The position numbers and the translations under genes are program-made. Positions 45,020-55,414 of a stretch of DNA of 56,419 nucleotides are shown piece after piece. Within the stretch, counting starts at the first letter, position 1. Each line of letters opens with the position of its first letter. Source of the stretch: a virus (lineage: Duplodnaviria; Caudoviricetes); the IMG/VR virus record IMGVR_UViG_3300021354_000009, positions 1 to 56,419 of that record; one strand, written 5' to 3'. The notes below the pieces were generated by a model. The model was not told the DNA's origin. It was given only the letters and a program-made list of their open reading frames with translations, and ran no database searches.

Positions 45020-48000
45020 TTAACCTTTCACCATCTTGAGATAGTCAAGAGGAGATTTTGCCTTTGGGGGTATTTTACTAGTGGGAGCCGATCTTTTGTG
45101 TGCTCTTATCGCTTCGCGCATCTTGTCTAGTATCCTTGCACCTTCTTTATTGTCACCCTTTCCTATGGCTGTGACAAATGAAGATGGAAACACGTACTCT
45201 CCGTCCGCGATCTTTGCGGGCACGGGTTGACCGCCTACAGAATGTTGATGCGGAACTTGACGACGGAACTTCTCCAAAGCTTCTGCGCCAGCTTTGCTTG
45301 AACCGTCTCCGAGAGCGGCCACCAAGTCCGCGTCTGCCACATAGTCTCCATCGTGGAGCATGGCGTCAATATCGTCGCTTTGGCCAGTTCCTTTGCCTGA
45401 TGCGTAGTACCCCGTCAGTCCAGTGATGAACTCAGGCTTATGACCTTCTGGTGTAGCCTCAGCATACTTTTGTGGCAAGCTACCACGAGCCAAGCCACCT
45501 ATAGCATGACCTGTAATACTTGCACGAATTTGTTTCAAAGCTCCAAGACGAGATGGAATATCTAACAGAGGCGCCGCGGAAATTAAATTTGCTCCGCTTG
45601 CCTTGGGCGTACTCGACGAAAGAATCGAGTTCATAGTATCAATATTTGAATTTACTGTTCCACCCGTAGCAACAAATTTTGTTTCCAAAGCTTTGTTATC
45701 AAGAATTTCTTTTGGCGTTTCTTCTTCATTTTTAGAAGTTTTTTTAGCAGTTTCTTCTTTAGGCGCTTCTTTGGGCGTTTCTTTAGGCGCTTCTTTAGCT
45801 GACTCGTCTTTCATTGCTAGCTCTTGTGGAACGTAAATACCACGATCTTGTAGTGCAGATACCAACTCAGGCGTCAACGTCCCAAATAACATCTCTAGCT
45901 CTTTAAGAATCTTTTTGTCTTTCTTGTTTTTGCTAGTTAGACCTCTTGGATCGCTTTCCAAAGTAGGAACTTCTGTACTTGTCAATGACAACGGTGCAGT
46001 CTGTGTTATTTCTTTAGGCGGTACATACGAAGTGTTAGTCGTTACAGACGTTAATGGTGATGTAGTCGTTGTTATAGGTGTAGTAACTGTAGTTGTGGGT
46101 GGTGTTATTACTGATGTCAATGGCGTGGTAACTGAAACGCTACCAGTATCAACTCCACCAGTTCCCGTACCACCTGTACCAGTTCCGCCAGTTCCCGTAC
46201 CACCAGTTCCTGTACCACCTGAAACACCAGAAAGTCCTCCTGTAATTGCACCACTATTACCACCAGTAGTGCCACCACTGCTAGTAAGTGGGCCAACTGT
46301 TATGTCATTACCTGAAGATGAATCTGATATAACTTTTCCAGTATTTCCATCAACTATGCGTGTTTTTCCATCGCTCATTACTTGAGTAACGGTACCATCT
46401 GGATTTTCTGTAGAAGAAACTGGTTTTACTTTAGTTGGAGAACCAAGACCACCGCCTTCTTTTGGATCAACATTAGGGTCAAATTGAGGCATCTTTGTGG
46501 TAGTTAAAACAGAACTACCTCCAGTTGCTCCTGACTCTTGGCTTAAATTACTCATTGAATAAGTAGGCAAACCATTTTCATCAAAACTTAATTCATACCC
46601 ACGTTTATCGTCTGGGTTATTTGGATTAGTCCACTCAACAGAATAAGACCCATCTTCATTTTTTGTTGCTTTAGATCCTTCTTGGAGAGAAAGACCACGC
46701 ACTTGTGGCAATGTGGGTGTAGTTCCGCCAAGACCATTTCCTGCGTCAGACACTACGCCACTGTTATTAGAAGCTAAAGTAAGGTCACTCAATGGCGCTG
46801 TACTAGATACGTTTGTTCCAGAAGGAGTAGACGTCGGGTTTCCATCTTTGTCATAGGTAATGGTGCTACCTGTTGATAGTGGCGCTGTAGTAGTTGTTGT
46901 TGGGTTAATTGCAGATGTTGCGTCACTTACAAGATTCTTTAACGTGGTTGATGCGCCTGGCACATTTGCATTAATAGATGAAAAAAGCTCTGCACCTGAC
47001 GTAGTAATCGCCGCTTGATTGCCTGAGTTGTATGCTTGAATGAACTTTGTCGCCGCGCCAGCAACTTTTAAATCTGGGCTATTAACAAGGTTACCCGCCG
47101 CTGTCATTAAAGCACCTGGGCTGTTTTTGTTGATTGCATCAACCGCCGCTAGCGTATTAGCCGCAATTGCCACCTCTGGCATCTTGTTAGCACCCGATAC
47201 ATTGGCAACCACGTTTAATATTGGGGCATAGTTTCCTTTGTCTGCCGCGTCTATCGCCACTAAAGAAGATGCAACCAACTTAGCTGTTGATGCATTTGCT
47301 AAAGCGCCCGTAACTGGGTTAGAAACATTTATATTGGGAACCTGTGCAACGTTGTAACCTTGATCTATTGTGTTGACATAGTTTGCACTGCTTGGGTTAA
47401 GCATGTCTGTGGCAGAAGCAGTTTGCAACCCTCCATAGCCAGATACAGCATTTACGGCAGTACCAAGATTAAACTTACCTTGCCCTATATCCGTTGCAAC
47501 ATCAACCAAAGCCAACTCTGGGTTGAACAACTTTGCAACAGTCCAAGCAGGCCCAAGATCTTTTAAACTACTGGCTATATCACTAGCCATGTTCTTAATA
47601 AAACCACCACCGCTTGTTGCTACTTGTTTGGGTTTTGCATTACCTTGTGCATCCCAACTTCCGTATACATAATGACCACCATCTAGCCAAGTAACAACAC
47701 GAGGATCACCTGAGTAACTTACAACTTTTCCGTTGGTGTCATACTGAGCAAACACAGGTACACCATTTACATACGTAGGTTTATTAGATGAAAAAGTTCC
47801 ATCTTCATTCATTTCTACACCAGATGTTTTTGGGGCACCACCTGACTGATATGTATATGGATTTCCATCTTCGTTATACGCTGTTTTTGTAACAACAGGC
47901 GTAAATTCCAACTGTGTTGGTATACCAGTCTTTGTTATATCTAAAGGCGTAAACAGTTGAACTTGATAGTCTTGAGTTTTTCCGCCAAAGTTTTCATTGG

Positions 48001-49159
48001 CCGTATATTGCGTAAGACCTTTAATCTGGTTATACGCATCAGGGCTAGCTAATTGAAGTCTTCCTTGGAACGTCTTTGCCAAGTCTAAATTAGCTTGTAC
48101 TTGTGCTTCAGTGTATGCACCGCCAGAAGCATCAGCTAATTGCTTAGCGGTAAGACCGTTCTGCGTAGCAAAGTCAGACAACCCCAATGGATTACTTACG
48201 TTTGACTTAACAACATTTTTAATAATTGATTGTTTAGAATTTAATATTTCTTTTATTGCATCAACACTGTATCCTGTAACCGATGCAATTTGTTCTGGCG
48301 TAAAGTTGTACTTATCTTCATAAGCTTGTATGGTGTTTGCTTCATCTAACGAAACGCTTTTATCTTTTAAAATATCTGAAAAAGTTGACTTTATTGTGTC
48401 TTTTTGCTGACCTAATTGATAATTTTGAAAGTATGTTGAGGCCACATCACTTGGGTGACTTTTTACATAATCACGAGCGGCATTTTCAAATACGCTATTA
48501 AAGTCTTTGGGGTTGACAGCGCCAGTTACTAACTGATTTTTCCAATATTTAAGACCTTCGTTATTGGCGTCAATAGTATTTGGATCAAGTCCCATCTCAG
48601 TAGCATAGGTATCTTTAACTATCTTGTCGTATTGAGCACTTGGGTCAGCCTGACGACCTTCTTTAGCCCCAAAAATTTGGTAATGCTCTGCGGCAAATTG
48701 CTCAGGGGTTAAACCATAATTATCAACAGCGTAAGCATCGGCAACATCTTTGTTTGCCGCCATATATGCACTGGCATTAAAACCTTCGGTTGCTGGTTTG
48801 TAACCAGTAGATTGCAATTCAGGAGTCGCGGCACGCAAAAATCCTTGCAATTTTGATACGTCAACATTTCCGCCAAAGTAATCATCCCATGCTTTTTCAA
48901 CTTCTTTATTTTCTGGAGCACGACCTAATACGCTCTGATAGACCTCAGCCGCTGTTTTAAATATAGGAGCAGTTCCATTAGAAGTCTCACGATTAGTTTC
49001 AACTATGTCTCTTTGTGGCGCACTTTCATACTGAGGGGGTGGTGGCGATGGTTGTGCAAGTGGCGGCAATCCATTTGCAAGCGCTGTGGTAAGTTCATCA
49101 ATTCCTGCCGTCGGATTGGATGCTAGCCATTGCGATACTTGATCTTCTGTATATGCCAT
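45020..49159 (-). CDS. Large virion protein with S-layer-like N-terminal motifs and a duplicated C-terminal DG[DE]YV domain
   Basis: 1379 aa; see findings. Confidence 0.65.
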   Translation of the reverse strand: MAYTEDQVSQWLASNPTAGIDELTTALANGLPPLAQPSPPPPQYESAPQRDIVETNRETSNGTAPIFKTAAEVYQSVLGRAPENKEVEKAWDDYFGGNVDVSKLQGFLRAATPELQSTGYKPATEGFNASAYMAANKDVADAYAVDNYGLTPEQFAAEHYQIFGAKEGRQADPSAQYDKIVKDTYATEMGLDPNTIDANNEGLKYWKNQLVTGAVNPKDFNSVFENAARDYVKSHPSDVASTYFQNYQLGQQKDTIKSTFSDILKDKSVSLDEANTIQAYEDKYNFTPEQIASVTGYSVDAIKEILNSKQSIIKNVVKSNVSNPLGLSDFATQNGLTAKQLADASGGAYTEAQVQANLDLAKTFQGRLQLASPDAYNQIKGLTQYTANENFGGKTQDYQVQLFTPLDITKTGIPTQLEFTPVVTKTAYNEDGNPYTYQSGGAPKTSGVEMNEDGTFSSNKPTYVNGVPVFAQYDTNGKVVSYSGDPRVVTWLDGGHYVYGSWDAQGNAKPKQVATSGGGFIKNMASDIASSLKDLGPAWTVAKLFNPELALVDVATDIGQGKFNLGTAVNAVSGYGGLQTASATDMLNPSSANYVNTIDQGYNVAQVPNINVSNPVTGALANASTAKLVASSLVAIDAADKGNYAPILNVVANVSGANKMPEVAIAANTLAAVDAINKNSPGALMTAAGNLVNSPDLKVAGAATKFIQAYNSGNQAAITTSGAELFSSINANVPGASTTLKNLVSDATSAINPTTTTTAPLSTGSTITYDKDGNPTSTPSGTNVSSTAPLSDLTLASNNSGVVSDAGNGLGGTTPTLPQVRGLSLQEGSKATKNEDGSYSVEWTNPNNPDDKRGYELSFDENGLPTYSMSNLSQESGATGGSSVLTTTKMPQFDPNVDPKEGGGLGSPTKVKPVSSTENPDGTVTQVMSDGKTRIVDGNTGKVISDSSSGNDITVGPLTSSGGTTGGNSGAITGGLSGVSGGTGTGGTGTGGTGTGGTGTGGVDTGSVSVTTPLTSVITPPTTTVTTPITTTTSPLTSVTTNTSYVPPKEITQTAPLSLTSTEVPTLESDPRGLTSKNKKDKKILKELEMLFGTLTPELVSALQDRGIYVPQELAMKDESAKEAPKETPKEAPKEETAKKTSKNEEETPKEILDNKALETKFVATGGTVNSNIDTMNSILSSSTPKASGANLISAAPLLDIPSRLGALKQIRASITGHAIGGLARGSLPQKYAEATPEGHKPEFITGLTGYYASGKGTGQSDDIDAMLHDGDYVADADLVAALGDGSSKAGAEALEKFRRQVPHQHSVGGQPVPAKIADGEYVFPSSFVTAIGKGDNKEGARILDKMREAIRAHKRSAPTSKIPPKAKSPLDYLKMVKG

Positions 49160-49161
49160 AT

Positions 49162-49401
49162 TTACACCAAATAATTAATTGACATTGTGCCAAGCAAATG
49201 GTCTGCCCACTCTTGCCAAGTATTAAAACCACGATGATCGGCCACGCCTGAGTTTTGGAAATACCCAACACCAATCAAACCATCCACCCAATCTCTCCAA
49301 CGCTCTTCTGGAACATTGCCAAGTTGTTGTTGGGCGAACAGTTCTTCAGTCAGCTTATTCCACTGATCCCATGTCATGCCTCTTTGATCATATGTAACCA
49401 T
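49162..49401 (-). CDS. Small Trp-rich tail protein
   Basis: 79 aa; MTWDQW...WRDW...FNTWQEWA; follows the nozzle gene. Confidence 0.65.
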   Translation of the reverse strand: MVTYDQRGMTWDQWNKLTEELFAQQQLGNVPEERWRDWVDGLIGVGYFQNSGVADHRGFNTWQEWADHLLGTMSINYLV

Positions 49402-51425
49402 TATGGGTTGCCCGTTCCGCGTACATCGCCTGTATCAAGACTCAGAAGTACTTTACCCATAAAGTAATTGCCATTAAATGTGTTTGATCCAAAGCGTATA
49501 CGCATCTCACGTCTTTGCTCACGCATGTCTACCTTCAAGGTGTCGGGATCAAAGTAATATGGGTCTGACGGTCTATCTACATCGTCTGCATAGCCTTTAC
49601 CTGTCACAACCATATACATTTGCTCAGACTGAACAAAGTCAGGTTCAACTCTTTCGCATCGAGTCCATAGGTTGTCGCCCGGTTGTTGGCTTGCTCCCAC
49701 TAGACCCGTATAGGCGCCAAGAGCAGGCGTCTCAAAGTAAGAATCTATAGCGTCTACAAAGTTCAAATAGATTTGGTTAGTGCCTGTCTCGTGTTGCCAC
49801 AAGGTATAAGTACCAACATTGTTTACTTCGTTGCCCGCCCAAATTGGTTGACGGAAGACCTCAGAGAAGGTGCCCGCAGAGCGATACGCGCCAGGCGATT
49901 GGCCTGCGTCGTACCAAGTCTTCTCACGCACGTTGTACACAACAGCATCATTGCACTCTAATGAATCTCCGCGTGGGTAGAAGAACCAAATCTCACCCCA
50001 ACGAGGAATCTTAGTAACCCACACCTTTTGACGTTGAACATAGTTCAAGTTATCAAAGAACCAATTCATATTCTGTGTATTTGGTACTTCTTGCACAACA
50101 CCGTTGTACATCAAGAATCTGTCTACGCCAGCCCAGTAAAAGATACCGTCATACTCAATCACGCACTGTGATGACATGATAGAACTCTGACTGGTGATCA
50201 AGTCATATTTCCAATAGTAGTTAATGCCACCTACTGTTGATGGTGCATAAGTGACCCGTACTACGGAATCTAATGTCCAGAACAGGCCAGCAGGCGACGT
50301 CGTACCGCCACGCAAGGGCAGACCTTTGACTACCTTACCCGTAGAGACGTTGTTGGCGTTTGCATCCGCGGCGACCCAATTGCTAAAGTCACCCGCAGAA
50401 CTGTTCTGTATCAACCCATCATTACCGTACACAAATAGGTATGGATGAAGCATCACTACGCCACCAGAGACTGCAATGTTATTGTCAAACGTTAAAGTGA
50501 CTGCCGATGATGTGGCGGTTGCCGCATTAGAAAGCGTGACCTTCTGATACGTACCCAAAGTAAACACTAAACCAGTGGTTGTGCCCGCAGTCGTGGCAAT
50601 TGCACTACCACCAGATGTCAATGACAAAGTGAACGTTGTAGAGTTGTTGGTAGCAATGATGTAGTAAGTAATGCCAGAGACGATACCCGTAGCAGAACCA
50701 GTCAACGTGCCACCAACAGTTACTGTTTGGCCAACAAACAAACCAGATGTAATGGTGCAAGAACATTGACCTGAAGTTCCAGTCACTGCAACAGAAGCTA
50801 AGTTTGGAAAGTCACTAGCACTAGATACAACCGTTGTGTTAGATGGGATTCCTGTTCCTGTAACCGTTTGACCAGCCCCAATGCGTCCAGAAGTTGTGGA
50901 TAACGTAAGTGCTGTCAGACCATTTGTTGTTATTACAGAATTTGTGAATACACCAACTGGGCTTAGTGATGTACCTGTAAACGCACCATACAAAGGTCTA
51001 GTGTTTACTGTGCTATCAATAGCGCTTAGGTTTTGGCCAGGGTGTGCAACCAAGTTACTGATACCACCACCAGTTGAGTCGTATCCAATATCAAATTGCC
51101 ATAAGTTGTTGTTGTTTGCTGTAAACCCAGTCAACGTATAGTCAGTTGGACCAGATCCAATACCGTCATCGTTGTCAGTCAACCATTGTTGAAGTTTGTT
51201 ATTAGTTCCTGAAACAACATAGTTCAATCCATTGTTTGAACTCATAGTCATGCCACGAGAGATTCCAGAAGCATTTAAAAAGATGCCACGGTAACCCCCC
51301 ATCTTGCGAGGTAAACCATTTTGGAAACGACACCACTGTCCGTCTACATAAGTAGGAGCATTAAATAGTGTGCCATCCCGTTGGATGCCAGGCTTGATCT
51401 GTAAGGCAACAACTTTTGCCGTCAT
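49401..51425 (-). CDS. Tail nozzle / DNA stabilisation protein
   Basis: KPGIQRDGT...DGQWCRFQNGLPRKMGG N-terminus; GEIWFFYP propeller region. Confidence 0.72.
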   Translation of the reverse strand: MTAKVVALQIKPGIQRDGTLFNAPTYVDGQWCRFQNGLPRKMGGYRGIFLNASGISRGMTMSSNNGLNYVVSGTNNKLQQWLTDNDDGIGSGPTDYTLTGFTANNNNLWQFDIGYDSTGGGISNLVAHPGQNLSAIDSTVNTRPLYGAFTGTSLSPVGVFTNSVITTNGLTALTLSTTSGRIGAGQTVTGTGIPSNTTVVSSASDFPNLASVAVTGTSGQCSCTITSGLFVGQTVTVGGTLTGSATGIVSGITYYIIATNNSTTFTLSLTSGGSAIATTAGTTTGLVFTLGTYQKVTLSNAATATSSAVTLTFDNNIAVSGGVVMLHPYLFVYGNDGLIQNSSAGDFSNWVAADANANNVSTGKVVKGLPLRGGTTSPAGLFWTLDSVVRVTYAPSTVGGINYYWKYDLITSQSSIMSSQCVIEYDGIFYWAGVDRFLMYNGVVQEVPNTQNMNWFFDNLNYVQRQKVWVTKIPRWGEIWFFYPRGDSLECNDAVVYNVREKTWYDAGQSPGAYRSAGTFSEVFRQPIWAGNEVNNVGTYTLWQHETGTNQIYLNFVDAIDSYFETPALGAYTGLVGASQQPGDNLWTRCERVEPDFVQSEQMYMVVTGKGYADDVDRPSDPYYFDPDTLKVDMREQRREMRIRFGSNTFNGNYFMGKVLLSLDTGDVRGTGNP

Positions 51426-52648
51426 GGGAACGTTCCCCCAGAAATACCATTAGGAACCGCTAGTCCGCTTGAAGTCAGTGTCATCCCATTTGAACCTGAT
51501 GCAGAGAAACCTAGTTGCCCACTGGCCGCTAAATACAAGCCCGTAGTTGCATCTCCACTAAATGATAAAGATGGAGCCGCCGCAGACCCATTACCCAAAG
51601 TCAACGCAGTAATAGTGCTTGATGTTGATGTCTGAGCGTTGTATACGTTCGTTCCATCACAAATAGCAATAACCGTTTGACCTTGTGGCAAAACAACTGT
51701 TGTAGCTCCTATTGAAGTTGTTTTAAACGTCAACGTGAACGAGCCTGTTGTCTTGTTTTGCAAAGAGTACAGTTGAACCGTAGGGGGAAGAATCACAGTA
51801 CAGTTTGATGTCAATGTACCTGAGTATTCTTGAATCAAACTAGAAGCTTCAACCACGCTTAAAGTAACCGTACCACCAGTTACCACTTTGTTTAACTGTG
51901 TAAATACAAACGTGGCAGACTGTCCATAGCCATATGTGTTGTATCCATTTGAACCGTTTGAAACGATTACAAACGACTCTGACAATTGCAATTGTGCTTG
52001 GGAGTTGCTATCAATCGTGTCGCTACCCGCAGGGTAAACAGTCAAAATGCCCGTGCCATTATTACGAATGATGGCAAACCAATTATTTCCAACGCTTGCC
52101 GAAGAAGGCAAATTCATCCTACCCGCACCGCTTTGCCATACCAAAAATTGCGCTCTATCAGCGCTAGTCAATGTGTAGGTAGAGAAGATGCTTGTTAAGT
52201 TATAGGACTGATTGAGCGTGGTGCTGATCGCAGTTAGGCCATATCCAGCAAGGTCTGCCGAATTAGCCGCAGACGTTCCAGTTCCAAAAGTTACCGTTGA
52301 CCAACTACCGTATATCGTAGTGTTATTGGTTACATAAATGTACTCAGCAACTCCAGAAGGAACGGAAACAATAGTCGCTAAATTGGTGTTCTTAACTACC
52401 GTAAAAGGGTTAGAACCTACGTTACGGATCAATGCACTTTGACCATCCGAGACTTGGGTCGCGGGTGGCATTATCAGTTCTAGACCAGTAGTCGATGCTG
52501 AAACCTCAATGATGTTAGCTACAACATCAGATGTGTTTCCATTGATTGGCCACTGTAATTCAGTATCTGCCGTTAAAGCAATGTACTCATAACCCACTTG
52601 AGATGGGTTAATCGTCTGGCCAGTATAGGGATTGGTATATGTTGTCAT
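51422..52648 (-). CDS. Tail fibre / fibre-docking protein
   Basis: Beta-rich; GSAAAPSLSFSGDATTGLY motif. Confidence 0.65.
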   Translation of the reverse strand: MTTYTNPYTGQTINPSQVGYEYIALTADTELQWPINGNTSDVVANIIEVSASTTGLELIMPPATQVSDGQSALIRNVGSNPFTVVKNTNLATIVSVPSGVAEYIYVTNNTTIYGSWSTVTFGTGTSAANSADLAGYGLTAISTTLNQSYNLTSIFSTYTLTSADRAQFLVWQSGAGRMNLPSSASVGNNWFAIIRNNGTGILTVYPAGSDTIDSNSQAQLQLSESFVIVSNGSNGYNTYGYGQSATFVFTQLNKVVTGGTVTLSVVEASSLIQEYSGTLTSNCTVILPPTVQLYSLQNKTTGSFTLTFKTTSIGATTVVLPQGQTVIAICDGTNVYNAQTSTSSTITALTLGNGSAAAPSLSFSGDATTGLYLAASGQLGFSASGSNGMTLTSSGLAVPNGISGGTFP

Positions 52649-52650
52649 GA

Positions 52651-53292
52651 TTAGGAGTCCACGGCTATGGCTGAACGATCACCAACACGGGCGACATCTT
52701 CTGTCTTCAGTGCGGTAATTGCTTCAGTATATTTCTGCTGAAAAATTGCACGCGCATCGTTCTTTAAAAACGGCATAGCTTGCAACAAGGTTCCGTATAG
52801 CATCGCGTTGGGCGCATACTGGGTAAGCCAATTGGTTTGGTTAGTTGAACTGAGAGGCGCTATACGCTCGTAGTACAACACCTCAAAGGTGTACGCTTGA
52901 TCTGGTGTTGGTGCTAGATACCAATGCTCATAGTCGGTGTCTGCATAGAAAAGAGGCGTACCAGTTTGAGTGACATTTGGCCAATAGTTCTTTAGATACT
53001 CAAACTTGCGCAAAAAAACAGGTTGCATGCTAGAGCCATTGTTGATGCTCATAGATACCGTTTTGCGCCAACGGGCGGGTTTGGCCAATGTTGGCTCATT
53101 TGGGGTGACAGTTGAATTGGCTACCGTCAATTGACCTAAAGTCTTGATCTCTTGCGCAATTTCAAATTCACACAAAGTGATAAATGTGGGAATGGCGGCA
53201 ACCACGGCAGGGTCGCTACGCTCAAGGTACTGAAGCACAGTACTCGTCAGTGAGTCGTATGTCATTACCCATGATGGATTTACTGTAGCCAT
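52651..53292 (-). CDS. Second head-tail adaptor protein
   Basis: MTYDSL...IPTFITLCE...LAPTPD...TNWLT..AP.AMLYGTL. Confidence 0.7.
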   Translation of the reverse strand: MATVNPSWVMTYDSLTSTVLQYLERSDPAVVAAIPTFITLCEFEIAQEIKTLGQLTVANSTVTPNEPTLAKPARWRKTVSMSINNGSSMQPVFLRKFEYLKNYWPNVTQTGTPLFYADTDYEHWYLAPTPDQAYTFEVLYYERIAPLSSTNQTNWLTQYAPNAMLYGTLLQAMPFLKNDARAIFQQKYTEAITALKTEDVARVGDRSAIAVDS

Positions 53293-53314
53293 GTGTGCCT
53301 TTTTTGGACTTTAA

Positions 53315-53767
53315 TTACCTTGTATGATACTCTGCCTCAGTGAAAATTCCAACCTTGTACTTGCCTTCTGGCTTGAAGATTGTCAATTCCTGTTGACGCA
53401 TCTCAGGGGCAAACGATATGTGCATCCATCGCCCATACTCGTGAATCATCTGATCAAACTTAATACCAGCTTTTAAAACAATCTGACATAGCTCATAAGG
53501 AGCGTGAGTAGTAGAAGAGCAGTCAATAGCCCACCCGTCCATGTGACTGGATACTTTAGAGCCACCAACAGCCACATTAACATCGGGCAAGCGTAGCCAA
53601 GAATTAACACGAAGAGCGCCTGTGACATTGCGAACCTCCTCCAAATGCCCAGCAGCCGCCTTCATATTTGCTAGTTGGCGTTCGTCGGGCTGGTTGTTGA
53701 TGTTCATCCGTATAGCTGTCTCGCTATACGTGGCTTCATCGAGGGTAAAGTGTTCACTGAGGTTCAT
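53315..53767 (-). CDS. Peptidase M15 endolysin
   Basis: LSEHFTLDE, NVAVGG, SSHMDGWAID and WMHIS zinc-peptidase motifs. Confidence 0.9.
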   Translation of the reverse strand: MNLSEHFTLDEATYSETAIRMNINNQPDERQLANMKAAAGHLEEVRNVTGALRVNSWLRLPDVNVAVGGSKVSSHMDGWAIDCSSTTHAPYELCQIVLKAGIKFDQMIHEYGRWMHISFAPEMRQQELTIFKPEGKYKVGIFTEAEYHTR

Positions 53768-53925
53768 TCGTCTTCATCCTCAATGCTATCTTGGATTAGT
53801 TGTTGCTTAACCAATTCCAAAGCACCAATAACTGTTGCCATGTACAGAGTTTCATCGTACTTGTGTACAACTTCAAGCAGTTCGTCTACCAAACCACCAG
53901 CCAGTTTTCCTTGGTTTAATATCAT
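53764..53925 (-). CDS. Small acidic protein (53 aa)
   Basis: ATGA overlaps on both sides; TVIGALELVK. Confidence 0.6.
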   Translation of the reverse strand: MILNQGKLAGGLVDELLEVVHKYDETLYMATVIGALELVKQQLIQDSIEDEDE

Positions 53926-54377
53926 TTCTTACCCACTTTTTCTGTAATCTTTTCCATAGTCCGACCACCGAAGTAGAACGACATTACCACCATGCCCCAG
54001 TTTCCTAGTAACTCTACGTAGTTACCCCTAGTCTCATAGTCAAACATACTAGCAATAGCAAAGCCTGTATACGCAAGTAGGAGGAATATAAGCACCATTG
54101 GGCGGATGTTCTTGGACAACCAAGAGTCGGAACCCATATCTGCTTTTAGGCGCTCTGTGAGGTTGTTTTGCTCTATCTTGTAGTATTCCAGTTCCATCTC
54201 TGCTAGTTTTTGGGCAGCTTGTGGATCACCCGCAATAGCTTTAGCCACAGCATCAACGGAATCAGAAACACCAAACTTATTAGCCAAAGCGGTAATAGCA
54301 GCGCCACCCAAAGGGCCAGCCACAGCAGTTGCCAGCGTGGGTGCGACACCCTTGAGAAGATTGAGTAACTCATTCAT
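53922..54377 (-). CDS. Holin (3TM / GTA-holin-like)
   Basis: SDSWLSKNIRP, two TM helices, FYFGGR. Confidence 0.8.
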   Translation of the reverse strand: MNELLNLLKGVAPTLATAVAGPLGGAAITALANKFGVSDSVDAVAKAIAGDPQAAQKLAEMELEYYKIEQNNLTERLKADMGSDSWLSKNIRPMVLIFLLLAYTGFAIASMFDYETRGNYVELLGNWGMVVMSFYFGGRTMEKITEKVGKK

Positions 54378-54541
54378 TTAGACTCCTTTAGTTCCCGTTT
54401 AAGTTTCCGCAATTCTTTGATCTCTTGCTTAAGCTGCGCCCTCATATATAGGGTTTCTACGTATGCCATCGAGGTTACTCCCACAATTACGCATATCGCT
54501 ACTCCTATCAGTATCCACCAGACAAGTTTTGTAGTTCCCAC
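54374..54541 (-). CDS. TM + coiled-coil peptide (possible i-spanin-like)
   Basis: LVWWILIGVAICVIVGVTSMAY followed by a coiled coil; ATGA overlap with the holin. Confidence 0.5.
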   Translation of the reverse strand: MGTTKLVWWILIGVAICVIVGVTSMAYVETLYMRAQLKQEIKELRKLKRELKESK

Positions 54542-55217
54542 ATGATCCACCCAAAGAATGAAGATATAAATACCACGGCAACTACCCCACTTGTTAACTC
54601 AATGAACCTAATCTCATCTTGCTCCTTGCGCCATCTTGCCAGCCTAGCCCTACGAATCTGCTCTGCCCTTGCCCACTCCTGTTCACGTTCAATCTGAGCG
54701 TGCATCTTTAGGAATCGGCTATACAAGTCTTTCAACTCCATCGGTGCGTAAACCATTGCCTCTCGCACCTGATCCATCAACTTCTCTAACTGCAACTCAA
54801 TCAGCGCCCGCTCTATAGCCTTTTTGCTGTTGTTTTGCTCTGGGCTGTACTGGTTCTTCGATTGTTCTTCTAGTTCATGGTAGTGGTTCGAGATTGTTTG
54901 CTGAGTGTCAAAGAGCACTCCAAGATTTGCCCCGATCTCACTAACAAGTTTGAACTCAAGCTCTTCATAGGACTGTTGGGCTTTGGCGACTTTCTTTTGC
55001 GCCACAGGCTTGGGGGCATCGGAGGTGGGCTTGGTTGTGAACAGACCAACGAACCAGTCCCATACACCCTTGATGGCTTTGACGTCACCAATAGCTTGCT
55101 CAACAGTCTTCTTAGCCCCTTCGATCTCCATGCGACCTTGGTGCAACATGTCGCACCCTGTTTTAATGGCTGAGACTGCACTTTGAGCGAGGAGAAGGAG
55201 ACTGAAAACGGATCCAT
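54508..55217 (-). CDS. Coiled-coil protein with C-terminal TM; apparent frameshift just after the start codon
   Basis: ATG at 55217 is out of frame with the long ORF (FSLLLLAQSAVSAIKTGCDMLHQG); the shift maps to the T4 run at 55205-55208. Confidence 0.6.
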
Positions 55218-55219
55218 AT

Positions 55220-55414
55220 CTAGATGCCTAAAAGCTTCTTAACAAAATCAGCGGCAACGCCTGGGCCAAACAACACAGCCAAGATCACCGCATACAAGAT
55301 GTACTCAATACGTTGCATACGATCTTTGCCACTCTCCAATCGATCAGAGATGACTCGATATCTCTCCGAGCATATGGCTTCGTGGACTGCGAAATCTTTC
55401 TCTATGTCACTCAT
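55220..55414 (-). CDS. XhlA-like small membrane protein
   Basis: HEAICSERY...RIEYILYAVILAVLFG. Confidence 0.65.
   Translation of the reverse strand: MSDIEKDFAVHEAICSERYRVISDRLESGKDRMQRIEYILYAVILAVLFGPGVAADFVKKLLGI

Noticed and set aside
45745-46230. GTGTG and EAPK/ETPK repeats
   Set aside because: Low-complexity protein linkers with variable codons; no DNA-level signal.
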